Below, in pieces: positions 59,913-64,000 of a stretch of DNA of 64,000 nt. Positions within the stretch are counted from its first letter, which is position 1; each line of letters starts with the position of its first letter. Location: positions 53,750 to 117,749 of the forward strand of contig CAMDWT010000001.1 in the NCBI GenBank assembly GCA_945877505.1, written 5' to 3'. Below the pieces are notes generated by a model. The model had not been told where the DNA came from. It saw only the letters and a program-made list of their open reading frames with translations, and did not search any database. This stretch comes from Crenothrix polyspora. Lineage in GTDB: Bacteria; Pseudomonadota; Gammaproteobacteria; Methylococcales; Methylomonadaceae. The position numbers and the translations under genes were made by a program.

Positions 59913-60995
59913 ATGTCTAAAGTCTATAATTTTAGCGCTGGACCCTCAGTATTTCCTAAGTCCGTCTTGGAAACAGCCCAGCAAGAATTGCTGGACTGGC
60001 AGGGTAGTGGCATGTCAGTTATGGAAATGAGTCATCGCGGCAAACACTTCTCAATTATTGCAGAAGCGTTGGAAAGTGATTTGAGAAGTCTAATGGCGGT
60101 GCCTGATAATTATAAGGTATTGTTTTTACAAGGCGGAGCCTCTGCGCAGTTTTCATTTATTCCGCAAAATATTTTGAAGGGTAAAACTAAAGCTTGTTAT
60201 GTAAATACGGGCGCTTGGTCTGAAAAAGCCATTAATGATGCAAAAACTTACTGTGAAGTCATGGTGAGTGCATCGTCAGAAAACACCCACTTTACAAGTA
60301 TCCCAGAGGAATCGACTTGGCTTATTGATGAGCAGGCGGCTTATTTACACTTTACCTCCAATGAAACTATTCATGGTGTTGAGTTTTCTAAATGTCCGGA
60401 TGGTAAGGGTCTGCCATTAGTGGCAGATATGTCATCTAATATTTTATCGCGAAAAATTGATGTTAATCAGTACGGGCTTATTTATGCAGGCACCCAGAAA
60501 AACATGGGTCCAGCGGGCGTTACAGTCGTTATTGTTCGAGATGATTTAATTGGTCATGGTGTTAGTAAAACATTACCGGCTGTTTTTGATTATGCAGAGC
60601 AAGCCCAACATCAATCGATGCTCAATACCCCTGCAACTTATAATTGGTATTTGGTGGGTTTGATTTTAAAGTGGTTAAAAGCGCAAGGTGGTGTTGAGGT
60701 TATTGAGCGACTCAATATTGCTAAAGCAGAGAAACTCTATCAAGCTATTGATCGGTCATCACTGTATTCAAATCCTGTGGACCCTATATGTCGTTCACGT
60801 ATGAATGTACCCTTTATTTTAGCGGACCAAGCATTAGATAAACAATTTCTAACATTAGCAGAAGCAAATGGCTTGTTTCAGCTGAAAGGACATCGTTCAT
60901 TTGGCGGTATGCGGGCAAGTATCTACAATGCTATGCCAGAATCAGGCGTGCAAGCCTTGATTGATTTTATGACCGAATTTGAACGTACTCATTAA
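59913..60995 (+). CDS. serC: 3-phosphoserine/phosphohydroxythreonine aminotransferase
   Basis: MSKVYNFSAGPSVFPKSVLE, GGASAQF, YAGTQKNMGPAG (PLP lysine). Confidence 0.96.
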   Translation: MSKVYNFSAGPSVFPKSVLETAQQELLDWQGSGMSVMEMSHRGKHFSIIAEALESDLRSLMAVPDNYKVLFLQGGASAQFSFIPQNILKGKTKACYVNTGAWSEKAINDAKTYCEVMVSASSENTHFTSIPEESTWLIDEQAAYLHFTSNETIHGVEFSKCPDGKGLPLVADMSSNILSRKIDVNQYGLIYAGTQKNMGPAGVTVVIVRDDLIGHGVSKTLPAVFDYAEQAQHQSMLNTPATYNWYLVGLILKWLKAQGGVEVIERLNIAKAEKLYQAIDRSSLYSNPVDPICRSRMNVPFILADQALDKQFLTLAEANGLFQLKGHRSFGGMRASIYNAMPESGVQALIDFMTEFERTH

Positions 60996-61023
60996 ACGAC
61001 CAACCCTATTTAGAGCTGCAGTA

Positions 61024-62109
61024 ATGTTACCAATCACTCCCCTTTCTGAATTAAGAGATACAATCGATGCAATCGATGAGCAGATATTGCAATTGATTAA
61101 TCAGCGCGCAGCGTGCGCAATGGAGGTTGCTAAAACCAAAATTGCTCAGGGTGAGCAAGGTACATTTTATCGTCCAGATCGAGAATCATTAGTCTTAAGA
61201 AGAATTATGGAGCTTAATCAGGGGCCGTTATCTGATGAAACGGCGGTGCGATTTTTCAGAGAGATTATGTCCGCATGTTTAGCCTTGGAAAAGCCGATGG
61301 ATATCGCTTTTTTGGGGCCTGAAGGTACCTTCACTCAGCAAGCTGTTTTTAAACACTTTGGACATGCTGTTAAAGCTATACCTGTTTCTAGCATAAACGA
61401 AATATTTAGCGCGGTAGAAACGGGGCATTGTCAGTTCGGCGTAGTTCCCGTCGAAAACTCTACAGAAGGTGTCATTAGTCATACATTGGATAGATTTTCA
61501 ACCTCAACCTTAAATATCTGTGGTGAAGTTGAAATTAGGGTACATCAAAATCTAATGGGGCATATAACCAGCCTAGAAGACATCACAGAAGTTTTTTCTC
61601 ATCAGCAATCATTAGCTCAATGTCGCCAGTGGTTAGATAACCACTTGCCAGGTGTTAAATTGACGGCTGTAAATAGTAATGCTGAAGCCGCACGATTAGC
61701 GTCTACAACGAAACAATCTGCAGCTATTGCCGGAATTGTGGCGGCGGATGTGTATAACTTAGATATTTTTGTAAAAAATATTGAAGACGAGCCGAATAAT
61801 ACAACACGATTTATTATTATTGGCCAACAATCACCCTCTATAACAGGTAACGATAAAACCTCTCTAGTCGTTTCAACAGGCAATCAACCTGGCGCGCTAC
61901 ATAAAATTCTTGAACCGTTTGCAAAGTTCGGCATAGGCATGGTTAACATTGAATCTAGGCCTTCAAGACAAGGCTTATGGGATTATCTTTTTTTTATAGA
62001 TATTGATGGTCATCATGAAGATGCTGTTGTTGCTCAGGCCTTAGATACAGTAAAAGATAGCGTCAAAATGTTTAGGTTATTGGGTTCTTATCCTAAAGCT
62101 GTTCTTTGA
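61024..62109 (+). CDS. pheA: bifunctional chorismate mutase/prephenate dehydratase (P-protein)
   Basis: CM_2 domain (LSELRDTIDAIDEQILQLINQRA), PDT domain (IAFLGPEGTFTQQA, TRFIIIG) and ACT domain (ESRPS). Start trimmed to ATG 61024. The ORF-track start 60979 overlaps serC. Confidence 0.93.
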   Translation: MLPITPLSELRDTIDAIDEQILQLINQRAACAMEVAKTKIAQGEQGTFYRPDRESLVLRRIMELNQGPLSDETAVRFFREIMSACLALEKPMDIAFLGPEGTFTQQAVFKHFGHAVKAIPVSSINEIFSAVETGHCQFGVVPVENSTEGVISHTLDRFSTSTLNICGEVEIRVHQNLMGHITSLEDITEVFSHQQSLAQCRQWLDNHLPGVKLTAVNSNAEAARLASTTKQSAAIAGIVAADVYNLDIFVKNIEDEPNNTTRFIIIGQQSPSITGNDKTSLVVSTGNQPGALHKILEPFAKFGIGMVNIESRPSRQGLWDYLFFIDIDGHHEDAVVAQALDTVKDSVKMFRLLGSYPKAVL

Positions 62110-62169
62110 TAAAGTCAGTGTGTTAATTTCTATCGCCACGTTAATAGTAAATACTCTCATTTAAAACGC

Positions 62170-63282
62170 ATGAATAATAACGATAAAATATATAAGCTTG
62201 CCGCGTTAGGTGTGCAACAACTGATCCCTTATAAAGCCGGTAAGCCGATTGAAGAACTTGAGCGTGAATTGGGACTGACTCAGATTATAAAATTAGCCTC
62301 TAATGAAAATCCCTTGGGCCCCGGTAAAAAGGCATTGGCGGCCATTCAAGAAGCTTTGCCGAGCTTGGCTTTATATCCTGATGGAAGCGGCTTTTTATTA
62401 AAAAAAGCATTAGCTAAAAAATATTCTATTGATGAAGCACAGATAACACTGGGTAATGGATCTAATGAAATCCTTGAGCTTGTCGCTAGAGCTTTTTTAA
62501 CAACAGAACATGAGGTGGTTTTTTCGCAGCATGCTTTTGCAGTTTATCCTATTGTTACGCAAGCCATTGGTGCTAAAGCGGTGGTGGTGCCTGCCGTGAA
62601 TTATGGGCATGATTTGAATGCCATGATAAAGGCAATTACGGATAAAACACGTCTAGTTTTTATTGCAAATCCAAATAATCCAACCGGTACTTTATTAAGT
62701 CAAACGTGCTTGGAGGCTTTTATTGGCGCGTTACCCGATACGTGCGTGTGCGTCCTTGATGAGGCTTACTTTGAATTTGTGACTTGTGTCGAAGCAGTTA
62801 ACTCTATTGATTGGTTAAAGAAATATCCTAACCTCTTAATTACGCGCACTTTTTCAAAGGCTTATGGCTTGGCTGGATTACGTGTTGGTTATGGGTTGTC
62901 CAGTCCTCAGATGGCAGATATTCTTAATCGTGTGCGCCAACCTTTTAATAATAATACCTTAGCCTTGGTTGCCGCAGAAGCCGCTTTGAATGATGCTGAA
63001 CATCTACAGCAGACAATTTCTGTCAATACCTTAGGAATGCATCAATTGACTGAAGGCTTTAAAAAGCTTGGCCTTGAGTGGATTTCTTCGGCAGGAAATT
63101 TCGTCCTTGTTGATATCAATAAAGCAGCTCAGCCGGTTTATGATGCGCTGTTGCGTAAAGGGGTTATTGTCAGACCCGTTGGCAATTATGAGTTACCTAA
63201 TCATTTACGGATTAGCATAGGGACTGCGGGAGAAAATCAACAGTTTTTAAAGGCATTGACTGAAATCTTGGCTGATGTTTGA
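62170..63282 (+). CDS. hisC: histidinol-phosphate/aromatic aminotransferase
   Basis: 370 aa class II aminotransferase. LASNENPLGP, NPNNPTG, TFSKAYGLAGLRVGY (PLP lysine). Confidence 0.9.
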   Translation: MNNNDKIYKLAALGVQQLIPYKAGKPIEELERELGLTQIIKLASNENPLGPGKKALAAIQEALPSLALYPDGSGFLLKKALAKKYSIDEAQITLGNGSNEILELVARAFLTTEHEVVFSQHAFAVYPIVTQAIGAKAVVVPAVNYGHDLNAMIKAITDKTRLVFIANPNNPTGTLLSQTCLEAFIGALPDTCVCVLDEAYFEFVTCVEAVNSIDWLKKYPNLLITRTFSKAYGLAGLRVGYGLSSPQMADILNRVRQPFNNNTLALVAAEAALNDAEHLQQTISVNTLGMHQLTEGFKKLGLEWISSAGNFVLVDINKAAQPVYDALLRKGVIVRPVGNYELPNHLRISIGTAGENQQFLKALTEILADV

Positions 63283-64000
63283 GCGACTTTGCATTGTCGG
63301 CGTGGGTCTGATAGGAGGATCCATTGCTCGTGCAGCTAGACACTATGGTTTGAGTAAAACTATTGTGGGTTATGGTCGTCAGCAGGATATCCAAAATCTA
63401 GAGACGGCTAAAAAAATAGGCGTTATCGATGACTATTACCTACAAATTGAAGAGGCTATTAAAGGCGCTGATTGCGTAGTCATTGCTACGCCGGTGGCGG
63501 CTTTAGAAAGTGTTTTTACGATGCTTAAGCCCTTTTGGTCAGAGCATACCATTTATACCGATGTGGGCAGCACCAAACATAGCGTGGTGGTAGCCGCTCA
63601 GAAAGTATTTGGTAAAGTGCCAGATAATTTCATTCCCGCTCATCCGATAGCGGGGGCAGAACAAAGTGGGGTAGAAGCATCATTTTTTGATTTATTTTTG
63701 AACAGACGTCTTATAATTACCCCACTCAAAAATACTCAACCAGAAGCCTTAATTAAAATACAACGTTTTTGGGAGCATTGTGGCTCAGTGGTTTCAATAA
63801 TGGATGTAAACCGCCATGATTCAATATTAGCAGCAACGAGTCATTTGCCACATATTTTGGCTTTTGCGTTGGTTGATATGTTGGGTCATAAAGATGAGCA
63901 AAGTGAAATTTTTAAATATGCGGCAGGTGGTTTTAGAGATTTTACGAGAATCGCCTCCAGTGATCCCGCTATGTGGAGAGATATTTGCTCCGCCAATAAA
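63275..64000 (+). CDS. tyrA: prephenate/cyclohexadienyl dehydrogenase, 3' end beyond window
   Basis: Not in the ORF track because there is no stop in the window. ATG 63275 overlaps the hisC stop by 8 nt. Translation MFERLCIVGVGLIGGSIARAAR... (GxGxxG), DVGSTK, HPIAGAEQSG, HDSILAATSHLPH is open to nt 64000. Confidence 0.9.
   Translation, partial: MFERLCIVGVGLIGGSIARAARHYGLSKTIVGYGRQQDIQNLETAKKIGVIDDYYLQIEEAIKGADCVVIATPVAALESVFTMLKPFWSEHTIYTDVGSTKHSVVVAAQKVFGKVPDNFIPAHPIAGAEQSGVEASFFDLFLNRRLIITPLKNTQPEALIKIQRFWEHCGSVVSIMDVNRHDSILAATSHLPHILAFALVDMLGHKDEQSEIFKYAAGGFRDFTRIASSDPAMWRDICSANK

Overview
This is a gene-dense, AT-rich (about 40% G+C by eye, not computed) chromosomal segment of a gammaproteobacterium. 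I can support 62 protein-coding genes. They include phnA, cut by the 5' window edge; tyrA, running off the 3' edge; and one 47-aa ORF below the ORF-track cutoff. I found no rRNA, tRNA, tmRNA or CRISPR array, and no transposase, integrase or phage genes.

The content is mostly housekeeping, arranged in familiar synteny blocks:
- lptF-lptG
- a five-gene liv-type ABC importer
- secA
- suhB<>trmJ-cysE-iscR-iscS-iscA
- UDG-rimI, leuA and pssA
- smpB<>NSS transporter-ratA-rnfH
- bamE<>fur
- lolC/E-lolD, DUF2062 and comEC
- argH
- a NarX/NarL-type two-component pair
- ygfZ-ctaA
- hfq-hflX-hflK-hflC-hisZ-purA
- gyrA-serC-pheA-hisC-tyrA

The presence of hisZ and the gyrA-serC-pheA-hisC-tyrA order resemble Pseudomonas, Thiotrichales or Methylococcales-type genomes rather than enterics. 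The first 7.4 kb looks the most lineage-specific: phnA, a GT1 glycosyltransferase, a small TM ORF, a secreted Lig E-type ligase, a CDF exporter and two tandem SulP transporters.

I did not find a convincing novel multi-gene system such as a defence island, toxin-antitoxin module, secretion system or mobile element. The best second-look candidates are modest:
- a secreted SCO1-like/di-haem peroxidase fusion protein
- an isc locus that ends after iscA, with no iscU, hscBA or fdx, and a short NifS-like desulfurase
- an orphan YgfX/CptA-like gene between ygfZ and hfq
- a structured leuA leader
- two hairpin elements in convergent-gene gaps that share CCACGAA arms
- a few unannotated small or hypothetical genes

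Several ORF-track starts were trimmed to conserved N termini: lptF, lptG, livG, iscR, suhB, leuA, lolD, argH, hisZ and pheA.
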